From Octopus sinensis (Eukaryota), in assembly GCF_006345805.1 (NCBI RefSeq), contig NC_042999.1:126480001-126544000 (forward strand): DNA of 64,000 nt, read 5' to 3'. Shown here piece after piece: positions 53,420 through 64,000 of the stretch. The notes beneath the pieces were generated by a model. That model was not told the DNA's origin, did not search any database, and was given only the letters and a program-made list of their open reading frames with translations. The translations under genes were made by a program, and so were the position numbers. Each line of letters opens with the position of its first letter. Position 1 is the stretch's first letter.

Positions 53420-53712
53420 AAGGTAAAAAAATACACGCAACTATATTCTCACGATACATAGACATAAAACCTCGCACATACAAACTACCAAATTATCCAG
53501 TTATATATGGTTCTTAAAAGAACAAGGTGTCAGCTATGGGATTTACTGGAAGATCTTGGCCAAGTGTAAACCTTATACCAATGGTAGTGGCAAGTGCGGT
53601 CTTTGTAATATGGAAAGATGGTTCATCTGGAAAAGTTCCTTGGATCCCGGTACATGTCTAAATTCAAGAACTGAAGTTTTTGGATCATATCCATATGTGA
53701 CAAAATACCTGT
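53420..53712 (+). mobile_element. Penelope-like GIY-YIG endonuclease C-terminus
   Basis: Peptide TKLSSYIWFLKE.GVSY.I.WKILAKCKPYTNGSGKCGLCNMERWFI...LNSRTEVFGS...KYL*. Confidence 0.85.
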
Positions 53713-54546
53713 AACGGTTTTGGGCCCCCAAGATCATGGATAGAATCTACATTTTTACTATGTTCCTGCACAAGCTTCCCATATGTCTTAACTTCTTTTA
53801 TCTTTTATTTTTTATATATATTTTCTCATATTTTCTTTTTTCTCTTTTTAATTGTGTGAATGTGTACGTGTGTGAGTATATGTATATGTATGTATATATT
53901 TTATATGTATATGTGTGTGCATGTATGTATGTGAATGCATATATGTATGTATATGAGTGTAAGACTGTCTGGTGCATAAGTGCGACTTTCATGCATACAT
54001 CCCCTTCATGTATATGGATATGCATATGTTTGTATATGTGCGGGTGTAGGTGTGTGATAAAAGGATGTATATGTATATATATGTATATGTAGGAGTGTGA
54101 ATGTATGTCTGTATATATATATATATATGTATATTTGTATGTCTAAATGTATGTTTGCATGCAGACAACTATGTGTATATGAAGATGAAGCTGTGTGCAC
54201 ATATACATACATATATATATATATATATACGTCTGCATGTGTGTGTGAATATGTGTATATGTATGAGTACGGACATGTACATATGTTTGTGTGTGTATGT
54301 GCATGTACATATACATGTTTGTGTGAGTGTGTATGTATGTAGACGTTATGAATGCAGTATGTCTATGTATTGTAAGAATATGATTGCGTATATTTTTTCT
54401 TTTTTCTACCTTTTTTCTTTTTTCTATTGCCATTAATAATAGCTAACAAGAATGCATCGTAGCTCTTCACTCTGACATTCAAAACTCTGAGTACTATAAT
54501 GACAACTTACTGTTTGTTCTAAATTAAATATATATAAATATATATA

Positions 54547-54918
54547 TCTCTCTCTATATAAACGGCAGTTTGTCTGTGCGTGTTTCTGTGTGTCTGTTTT
54601 CTCGTACCCTCACCCTGACCATGGCTTTCAACCGATTCTGATGAAACTTGACACACACATAGCCCAATGTCATAATCAAAACTAACGCAGCGAAAATTTT
54701 GAAAAGTTGCCCCAGTTCTGAAAAAAAATCGATAAATTCGACATGGGGTCGAGAATAAAAAAAACAAACCACAGACTGTCTAGGGGACGCAACTCAACCT
54801 TTTTTTACTCTCAAAAAAAATTTACCATCTTTTTTTTTCCATTATTTTGCTATAACTCTCTAAAAATGCTTTATAGCTATTTCCCTTACAAACCTGAGCA
54901 ACGCCGGGCGATACTGCT

Positions 54919-54920
<2 letters not shown>
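54547..54920 (+). mobile_element. Non-autonomous Helitron
   Basis: A|TCTCTCTCTATATAAA ... CCTGAGCAACGCCGGG-CGATACTG-CTTG|T; same 3' end family as 52215-52609. Confidence 0.82.
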
Positions 54921-54963
<43 letters not shown>

Positions 54964-56517
54964 GACAGGCTTCTTTCAGTTTCCATCTACCAAATCCACT
55001 CACAAGGCTTTGGTCAGCTCAAGGCTATAGTAGAGGACACTTGCCCAAGATGCCATGCAATGGGACTGAACCTCGAACCATGTGGTTGGGAAGCAAGCTT
55101 CTTACCACACAGCCACAGCAGAACTTGAACTGAGGGTGAATAGAATCAAAAGAAATACCACACGTTTTTCTGCCTAATATTGTTATAACTCAGCCTGTTC
55201 ACTATCTGATAGTCTTATTCTACACTCACGCATATTCCCTTGTGTTTTCCTTGTATATCTGTTCAAAAGTTCTATACATATTTTGGTTGCAATATTAAAT
55301 CAATTGGCAGAATCATTTGCATGCTAGGCAAAATGCTTAGCAGCATTTTGTCTGTCCTTATGTTCTGAGTTCATATTCTGCTGAGGTCAACTTTGGTGTT
55401 ATCCTTTGGGCGGGGGCATAAAATTAGTACCAGTTGACCACTGGGTTTGATGTAATCAACTTAGCCCATCCCTCAAACCTACTGGCCTTGTGTCAAAATT
55501 TGAAACCAATATTAGGTCAATTATATGGTGGCGATCTGGCAGAATACTTAGTGGCATTCTGAGTTCAAATTCTGTCAAGGTCAGCTTTATCTTTCATCCT
55601 TTTGGGATTGATAAAATAAGTTCCAATTGAGTACTAGGGTCAGTGTACTCAACTTACCCCCTCACCTGAAATTGTTGGCCATGTGCCAAAATTTGAAATC
55701 AATATTAAGTCAATTCCTTTTAAATCAAAAATCAAAACTTGAAAATAAGAATAAGATAGTAATTTTATGACCCACTGACCTTAAATGAAAGATTTAAGGA
55801 GCTGGTACTTATTTTATACCCCCACCCCCACCCAAAGGATAACATCAAAGTTGACCTCAGCAGAATATGAACTCAGAACATAAGGGCAGACAAAATGATT
55901 CTGCCAATTGACTTGGAGCTCCAGCATGGCCACGGCCTTAGAGCTGAAACATAGAAGAATACTGCATTTTGATCAGTTTGATCTTCAACCATCATTAAGC
56001 ATCTTATTCTATATTTTAGAAATGAAAGTTTCTAGTTTAAATCTAGTATTGGACTATGAGTACATACAGAAATAAGACACCTATTGATTACAAGAGATCA
56101 AGCCAATCAAAATATAGTGTAGGTGTAAATATTAAAAACGTGTTTCATCTTGAAACATGAATGAGGTTAATAAAATCTTATTAACAACTCATTTCAGATG
56201 TGTAAGTAATTAATCTGATTTCAGATATTATCATTACTATTTTTGTGTGGTCTTCTTACCACCATAATTGCTTTTTTTTAATTTTGTTTTGTTTTTATAC
56301 TTTATGTTGTAAATGATGTCTATACTCATTCTATCTATATTGCCTTTTTTATGTAAATTTTATGGGCGTGTGGTAAGAGGTTTGCTTCCCAACCACATGG
56401 TTTCAGGTTCAGTCCCACTGCATGGCACCTTGAGCGCGTGTCTTCTACTATAGTGTTGGGCTGACCAAAACCTTGTGAGCAGATGTGGTAGACAGAAACT
56501 GAAAGAAGCCCATTGTG

Positions 56518-56570
<53 letters not shown>

Positions 56571-56666
56571 AAGCCTTCTGGCTTCACAGACCCCAGTAGA
56601 ACCGTCCAACCCATGCTAGCATGGAAAACGGACGCTAAATGATGATGATGATGATGATGATGATAT

Positions 56667-59065
56667 ATATCATCATCATCATCATCATCATCATTTAGCG
56701 TCCGTTTTCCATGCTAGCATGGGTTGGACGGTTCTACTGGGGTCTGTGAAGCCAGAAGGCTTCATCAGGCCCAGTCAAATCTGGCAGTGTTTCTACGGCT
56801 GGATGCCCTTCCTAACGCCAACCACTCCGTGAGTGTAGTGGGTGCTTTTTACGTGCCACCCGCACTGGTGCCAGACAGAGCTGGCAAACGGCCACGAACG
56901 GATGGTGCTTTTTATGTGCCACCGGCACGAGGGCCAGGCGAGGCTGGCAACGGACACGAAACGGGGCGGTGCTGGCAACGGTCGCGAAACGGAAAGTTCT
57001 CTTACATGCCACCGGCACTGGTAACACATCTGCAATTTCCATTGATCGATTTCCATTGATCGATTTCGATTCTGATCCTCACTTGCCTCAATGGGTCTTC
57101 ACAAGCAGAGTTTCGACATGCCACCGGCACTGGTAGCACATCCGCAATTTCCATTGATCGATTTCGATTCTGATCCTCACTTGCCTCAACACGTCTTCAC
57201 AAGTAGAGTTTTGTGTCCCAAGAAGGGAAGGTATGCATACGTAGGCTGGCTCCATCCCATGTAGAAGGCCACGGGTTGTGGACTCACTTGTCCTGCCGGG
57301 TCTTCTCGTGCACAGCACACTTCCAGAGGTCTCGGTCTCTAGTCATTTCCTCAGTGAGACCTAAAGTTCGAAGGTCGTGCTTCACCACCTCGTCCCAGGT
57401 TTTCCTGGGTCTGCCTCTTCCACAGGTTCCCTCAACCGCTAGGGTGTGGCACTTTTTCACACAACTATCTTCATCCATTCTCGCCACATGACCATACCAG
57501 CGCAAACGTCTCTCTTGCACACCACAACTGATGCTTCTTAGGTCCAGCTTTTCTCTCAAGGTACTTACACTCTGCCGAGTGTGAGTACCGGCATTACACA
57601 TCCATCGGAGCATACTGGCTTCATTTCTAGCGAGCTTACGCATATCCTCAGCAGTCACGGCCCATGTTTCACTGCCATGTAGCATGGCTGTTCGTACACA
57701 CGCATCATACAGTCTGCCTTTCACTCTGTGCGAGAGGCCTTTTGTCACCAGCAGAGGTAAGAGCTCTCTGAACTTTGCCCAAGCTATTCTTACTCTAGCA
57801 GTTACACTTTCAGCACACCCACCCCCGCTGCTGACTTGGTCACCTAGGTAACGGAAACTATCAACTATTTCTAGTTTTTCTCCCTGGAAAGTGACGGAAG
57901 TTGGTCTCAGAGCATTTTCAGTGTTTATTGTTCCTGAGCATCTGCCACATACAAAAACCATCTTCCTAGTTAGCCTTCCTTTGACATTGCTGCATCTCTT
58001 ATGTGTCCATAGCTTACACTTGGTGCATCTTATAGAGTTTCTACCTACACCTTTTCTACAGATCGAGCAGGGCCATCTACCTGAAGGTGTTTGTGATTTG
58101 TCTACCTTCCTACTGATTACGACTTTGGTTTTAGCTAGATTGACTCTGAAGCCCTTCGATTCTAATCCTTGTTTCCACACCTGAAACTTCTCCTCCAGTT
58201 CTGATAGCGACTCAGCAATTAGAGCAAGGTCATCAGCATAGAGGAGCTCCCAAGGGCATCCTGTCTTGAATTCCTCCGTTATTGCCTGGAGGACTATGAT
58301 AAATAGGAGGGGGCTGAGTACTGAGCCTTGGTGGACCCCTACCTCTACCCGGAATTCTTCACTGTACTCATTTCCAACCCTCACCCTACTAGCGGCGTCC
58401 CTATACATGGCCCGCACAGCTCTCACTAACCATTCATCTATCCCTAGTTTTCTCATTGCCCACCAGATAAGGGATCGGGGGACCCTGTCGAAGGCTTTCT
58501 CCATGTCAACAAAAGCCAGGTACAGGGGCTTATCTTTGGCTAGGTATTTCTCCTGCAGCTGCCTTACCAGGAATATAGCATCAGTAGTACTTTTCCCTGG
58601 CACAAACCCAAACTGCATCTCATCTAAACTAACTCTCTCTCTAATTAGTTGGGCTATGACCCTCTCCGTAACCTTCATCACCTGGTCCAACAGCTTGATA
58701 CCTCTGTAGTTATTTGTATCTAGGGCATCACCTTTACCTTTGTAGCAGTTGACTATTATACTGCTACACCAGTCATTGGGTATGACCCCTTTGTGTATCA
58801 CCTGATTAACTATATGGGTGACTAGGCTATAGCCGACACTACCAGACATTTTGAGCATCTCTGCAGTGATTCCTGATGGGCCTGGGGCTTTCCCTGTCTT
58901 CATGCTTCTAATTGCCTTAGCTACCACAGAACTATCAACTCGGATAGCTGGTCCCTCTGTTGGGTCAACATTCGGCAGACTCTCTTTATCCCATTCATTT
59001 TCTTCATTCAGCAACCTTTCATAGTGGCATCTCCAAACCTCTCTCTTCGCATCCTCATTTAGCGC
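56667..59065 (-). mobile_element. Young 5'-truncated RTE LINE with 3' UTR and (GAT)n tail
   Basis: RT ORF plus GC-rich 3' UTR subrepeats and terminal GCTAGCATGGAAAACGGACGCTAAAT(GAT)n; flanked by microsatellites. Confidence 0.93.
57284..59063 (-). CDS. RTE-clade LINE reverse transcriptase (5'-truncated, open frame, no APE endonuclease), with internal PHD-like finger
   Basis: 576-aa ORF with non-LTR RT motifs KAPGPSG, YRGIKLL, FVDMEKAFDRV, GVHQGSVLSPLLF, LLYADDL, FRYLG and RTE-type C-terminus RRLRWYGHVARM...RGRPRKTW. The frame stays open upstream of the TTG up to the truncation point at a (TATG)n tract. Confidence 0.93.
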
Positions 59066-59639
59066 GTATGTATGTATGTATGTATATGTTTGAAAAGATT
59101 TGTAGAGGTAAGTAGATATTTATGAAAAACAAGAACAAAAATGCTACTTTCTTAAAATTGGGTACATTTTAATTTTCCTTTTACATCTTTCAGTTTTTGA
59201 AAAACCTTATCAAAAATATGTACTAAAATGGAATATGTAAAGAGAAAAGAATTATTTAAAAAATTAAATTAAAATTAGAATTAAGATTAACATTCATAGT
59301 TTACTTTCTTTTTTCCTGCAAGAACACGTAATAATATCCTTTGGTTCTGGTAGCATGACAAGTTCAACTGACTGTAACTGCAAATTACTACTATCTGCCT
59401 TTGTAAATTGAATAGTGTGGTCAAGACTTGTTTTCTTAGGAGTGGCTGTAGCCATTGAATAACTAGCAGCAGTAATAATAATAGTCGTTGTGGTGAAGTT
59501 GTTCCCCCTGGGGTTTTAATAGAAATCAGGTTCTTCAATTCCTTGTCTTTATTTCTTATACACGCACTCACCCGTATAAACATATACATATATACATACA
59601 TATAGATGCATACACACACTCATATATATACATGCGCCG

Positions 59640-60885
59640 AAAGTGTAGCTGCTAGAATGAATAGCCTGGACAAAGTTCAGAGAGCTCTTACCTCTACTGG
59701 TGACAAAGGGCCTCTCGCTCAGAGTTGCTGCATGACAGTGAAATATGGGCTGTGACTGCTGAGGACATGTGAAAGCTTGAAAGAAATGAAGCTAGTATGA
59801 TCTGCTGAATGTGTGATGTCAGTGTGTATTCTCGACAGAGTGTAAGTACCTTAAGAGAAAAGTTGGACCTAAGAAGCTTCAGATGTGGTGTGCAAGAGAG
59901 ACAACTGCGCTAGTATGGTCATGTGGTGAGAATGGATAAGGATAGCTGTGTGAAAAAGTGCCACACCCTAGTGGTTGAGGGAACCTGTGGAAGAGGTAGA
60001 CCCAGTATATAATTAGTAAATAGACTACACGTGTTTCATGGCTATATTTTCAAACTGATAACAGTAAAATCAATTCAATTTAAATATAGTCACTCATCAG
60101 GTCCAAGATAAAAACAATAAAATGATTAAATAAATGTACATATATTATCCTATAAGAAAATATAAATATATATAAAAATATGTAATTTTTCAATAAAAAA
60201 ATCAAACAAAATTCAACAATATATCTTAAAATCGATATTAGTGGTGAAGCAAGACCTTCGAACATTGGACCTTTGGAAATATGCTGTGCTTGAGAAGACC
60301 TGGCAAGCCAAGTGAGACCATAACCTCATGGCCTGTGCCAGGGGTGTAACCAGCCCACTTATGCATACCTTTCTTTCATTGGACACTAGACTCTGCTTGC
60401 AAAGACCAGTTGAGGCAAGTGAAATTGAAATCAAAGTTGATGACTGGCATCTGTGCTAGTAGTGCACTAAGAGCACCATCCAAGCGTGATTGTTGCTAGA
60501 GCAGCTAACTGGCTTCCGTGCTGGTGGAATGTAAAAAAACACCACTCAAGCATGATCATTACCAGCGTCGCCTTACTGGCACATGAAAAAACATTTGATC
60601 GAGGTCATTACCAGTGCTGCTGGATGTGGCTCCTGTGCAGGTGGCACATAAAAAACACCATTTGAGCGTGGCCATTGCCAGTACCATCAGACTGGCCCTC
60701 GTGCCAGTGGCACGTAAAAGCACCCACTACTCTCTCGGAGTGGTTGGTGATAGGAAGGGCATCCACTTGTAGAGACTCGGCCAGATCAGATTGGAGCCCG
60801 GTGCAGCCATCTGGTTCATCAGTCCTCAGTTAAATCGTCCAACCCATGCTAGCATGGAAAGCGAACGCTAAACGATGATGATGAC

Positions 60886-60890
<5 letters not shown>
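59640..60890 (+). mobile_element. RTE LINE 3' fragment interrupted by a 234-bp insertion
   Basis: Homology to the RT C-terminus and 3' UTR on both sides of 60005-60238; tail AACGATGATGATG then (TA)n. Confidence 0.85.
60022..60104 (-). ncRNA. Type I hammerhead ribozyme, intact core
   Basis: Minus strand GGAC-CTGATGA-GTGACTATATTT...AAATATAGCCAT-GAAA-CACGTG-TA-GTCT; palindromic stem III ACACGTGT. Confidence 0.8.
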
Positions 60891-60916
<26 letters not shown>

Positions 60917-61129
60917 CATACATACATACATACATACATACATACATACATACGCACTTACACACATAAACATACCCATATATATATATATATATATATA
61001 TACAAATATATACACATACATACAAACATACCCATGTATGTATATATATATATATATATACACCTTTATACATATACACACACATATGCACACATGTATT
61101 TACATACATATATATAAAAATAAAGTTTC

Positions 61130-62395
61130 AGTGTTGGTAGTTTAGAGAATTTAGACTTGGTCGATATTTTCTTATGAAATGCATATCCTTGCTTATGCAT
61201 TCATTTTGGCTAGCATTGTCTTTGAATTTGTATAGTGGAAACATTGTGAATTTGGGAAATTTGTTGGGAGCACATTCATCGATGTGCCGGCTGAGAGGTA
61301 TTTTCCTGTATTCCAGAATTCTAATTTGAGATTTGTGCACTGCCATCCTCTGACATAGGCTGTTTTTTGTGTGCGTCCAATATATTGCCGTTTACATTCT
61401 GAGCATGTAAAATTAGTTTTTATGGTGAAATTATGGCCTTGTTCTCATCGGTGTTCTGATCCTTGTATTATGTTGATACAAATCCCTCAGTTGAACAGTA
61501 GTGGTCCCAAAACAGTGCCTTGTGGAACACCGCTCACTATTTTCATGTCATTGGATGTGACCCCATTGGCTACTACCACCTGACTTCTATTCTTCAGAAA
61601 GTCATGAACCCATTCTCCCAATTTTCCAACTATGCCGAGATCACACAGTTTGTGACATATCATTCCATGATCGACTTTATCAAAGGCCTTTGCAAAGTCG
61701 AGATATATCACTTCCACATTGAGTGTTTCAGCACCCAATCACAGTGTTGTAAGAGCTGAGTCAAGCAGCTTCTTCCTGGCCAGAAACCATGTTGGGTGTC
61801 AGACAGCAAGTCATCTTCTTCTGCAGTGGTCTTGCTAGGACTCGCTTACATACTTTTAGAAGGATTGCTGGGAATCCATCAGGGCCAGTAGCTGGGTTTG
61901 GGTTCATTTCATCTATAGCCCTTATTACATTGTCTTCCTTTATATTGATGTAATTGATCATCATTGCCTCTGTTTTTATATCTGCAGTGGTAAAAACGTC
62001 AGTTGGATTGTTGACTTGAAAGTGTCCTAGGAGTGGAGTGAAAATACTTTTGAATTGCTCATTTAGTATTTCACTTATCCTCATTGGGTTTCCTATAAGT
62101 GTACCATCTTTTTCGAGGAGTGGCCCTATTCTGCAGTGCACTGAAGCTGTTTCTTTGGCAAACTTGTAGAAAGCTCTGGGATTACATTTTATATTGTCTA
62201 TAGCCCGGGCTCCTTTGTCTGCTCTTTCTTTTTCATGGGAGAGTTGCAGATTTTTTTCAATTTCCAGCAGTTGTATTTTCAGGCAGGACTTTTCATTGCT
62301 TTCAGTTTGTTTGTTTAGGCGATTTGAAACTTTTGTACACCGTCTCATAAGAAATTTCCTCTCCCTGGGGATTTTGTTCTTATGTACAGTGGCAT
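61130..62395 (-). mobile_element. CR1/L2/Jockey-group LINE RT remnant
   Basis: Peptides ATGPDGFPAILLK, IYLDFAKAFDKVDHG and SGVPQGTVLGPLLF across broken frames. Confidence 0.85.
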
Positions 62396-62707
62396 CCATA
62401 TATATATATTCATATATATGTCCATATATATATATATTATTTATATTATTATATATATATATTCATAATAATAATATTAGGGGATATGATTCCAAACTTA
62501 CAGGGAAAAATTCAATTTAGTAATACTAGATCAAATTTCACAATATATAATATATGTATATAAATTAGAAAAGAACCACTATGTAGCAATTCAACAATAA
62601 TATAATTAAATCATACCATATAGAAAAAAATTAAAGCTATGATAAAACATTTACCTAGAACTAAATAAAGTATGAAATAATAAATAAATAGTATATAATT
62701 AGTAAAT

Positions 62708-62790
62708 AGACTACACGTGTTTCATGGCTATATTTTCAAACTGATAACAGTAAAATCAATTCAATTTAAATATAGTCACTCATCAGGTCC
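62708..62790 (-). ncRNA. Type I hammerhead ribozyme, second copy of the 60022-60104 motif
   Basis: Same sequence 2686 bp downstream, near the end of a longer AT-rich pseudo-LTR/3' UTR-like tract (about 62520-63440). Confidence 0.8.
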
Positions 62791-63755
62791 AAGATAAAAA
62801 CAATAAAATAATTAAATAAATGTATGTATATTATCCTATGAGAAAATATAAATATATATAAAAATATGTAATTTTTCAATAAAAAAATCAAACAAAATTC
62901 AACAATATATCTTAAAATGGATATTTTGTGTTTTTATTTAGATATATTGTTAGATATATAGTAAGTATTACATTAAATTTTGTTCTTGTGCTGGTAATTT
63001 CACTGGGGAGAGGTTTCATTTAATAGACTGGTTAGTTTCATTGGGCAATTAGAGCGGGGTGAATATTATTTTGGTGTTGGGTTCCGAGTTTAACTAAGCA
63101 CATTTTTCGCACGTGTATTAAATTTGTTTTTAGTCCACAGTGGGTTTAGTCACTGGCGGTGTAAGTGAAGGGGGTTACTTAGGGTGAGAAGGGAGCTAAC
63201 TCCTACCAATTTTTATTAGACTAGGTAGGGTGGTTTAGAATTGTATTATGGCTAAGAGTTATATTATTACTAGAGTTTAGGAAGTTCTTAGTGCTAGACA
63301 GGGCCCTATGTAGGTGCAAAGTAAATTATTATGGAATGTGGAGGGCGAGTGAGTTTGCGGGGTGACTATTTGTGTGTAAGTGTTAAAGGTGGTTCCTAGC
63401 TAATTAGACTTATATAGATGACTATTCAAGGTAGGGATTATGAAAGACATAGAGGCCTAAAAATATATATATATACACACACATATATATATCCATATAT
63501 ATATATATGTATATGTTATCTCCTCTACTGTCCCTCTCGCAGCTGACCATTCTGTCCGATGTCAGATGCCATGATAGATCGTTAGCTACTACACACATTT
63601 TTTTTCTCCTTGTTTTTTTTCTGTGTATCTTTCTGTCGAAGAGCGTAGGCTCGAAACGTAAAAGACTTTTTCTATTCCTGAGCGCTATACTAATACATTT
63701 GTTTGTTTGTACACCACCTGCCTTCGTCTTTTGTTTATTTTCTTAAACTTTCCCT

Positions 63756-63789
<34 letters not shown>

Positions 63790-64000
63790 ACACACATAAA
63801 TATATATCTATATATATATTCATATATATATTCAGTGGAGGTGGGGGTCAAACACAAAGACATGCAAACAGAGATATGTAATGGGCTTCCATACAGTTTC
63901 CATCTACCAAGTCATTGGTTGGCTTGGGGCTGTAGTAGAAGACACTTGCCCAAGGTATAGCACTGTGGGATTGAACCTAAAACCATGCGGTTGCAAAGTG

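Noticed and set aside
56135-56200. Hammerhead-like remnant on the minus strand
   Set aside because: Core has a 2-nt insertion and both stem I and the cleavage triplet are broken
59290-59580. Minus-strand low-complexity ORF as a terminal exon
   Set aside because: No recognisable homology or splice support

Overview
AT-rich, microsatellite-dense eukaryotic DNA. It is most likely an octopus (cephalopod) locus; this is inferred from the repeat families and cannot be proven from the window. The only confidently recognisable host gene is the first coding exon of FBXO45/Fsn (36769-37341, +, F-box plus most of the SPRY domain, ending at a GTAAGT donor). I found no second exon, so the remaining ~26.6 kb may all be intron. 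The rest is a transposon landscape: many tRNA-derived SINEs, RTE LINE fragments (one 5'-truncated copy keeps an open 576-aa RT frame with an embedded PHD-like finger), Tx1/L1-like and CR1/L2-like LINE remnants, a full-length but decayed Gypsy (Mag-like) LTR element nested in an RTE, an internally deleted DD37D (maT) transposon, Helitron and hAT remnants, and several MITEs. The most striking unannotated layer is a set of about 15 type I hammerhead-ribozyme motifs from several unrelated sequence families. They sit in Penelope-like pseudo-LTRs arranged as tandem and inverted repeats, including a 491-bp retrozyme-like unit with intact catalytic cores and a variant with a swapped G3:C8 core pair. 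Other oddities are a U6 snRNA-SINE chimera, a perfect 200-bp tail-to-tail RTE palindrome and a microhomology-flanked templated insertion. All ribozyme structures were paired by eye and need computational and experimental confirmation.
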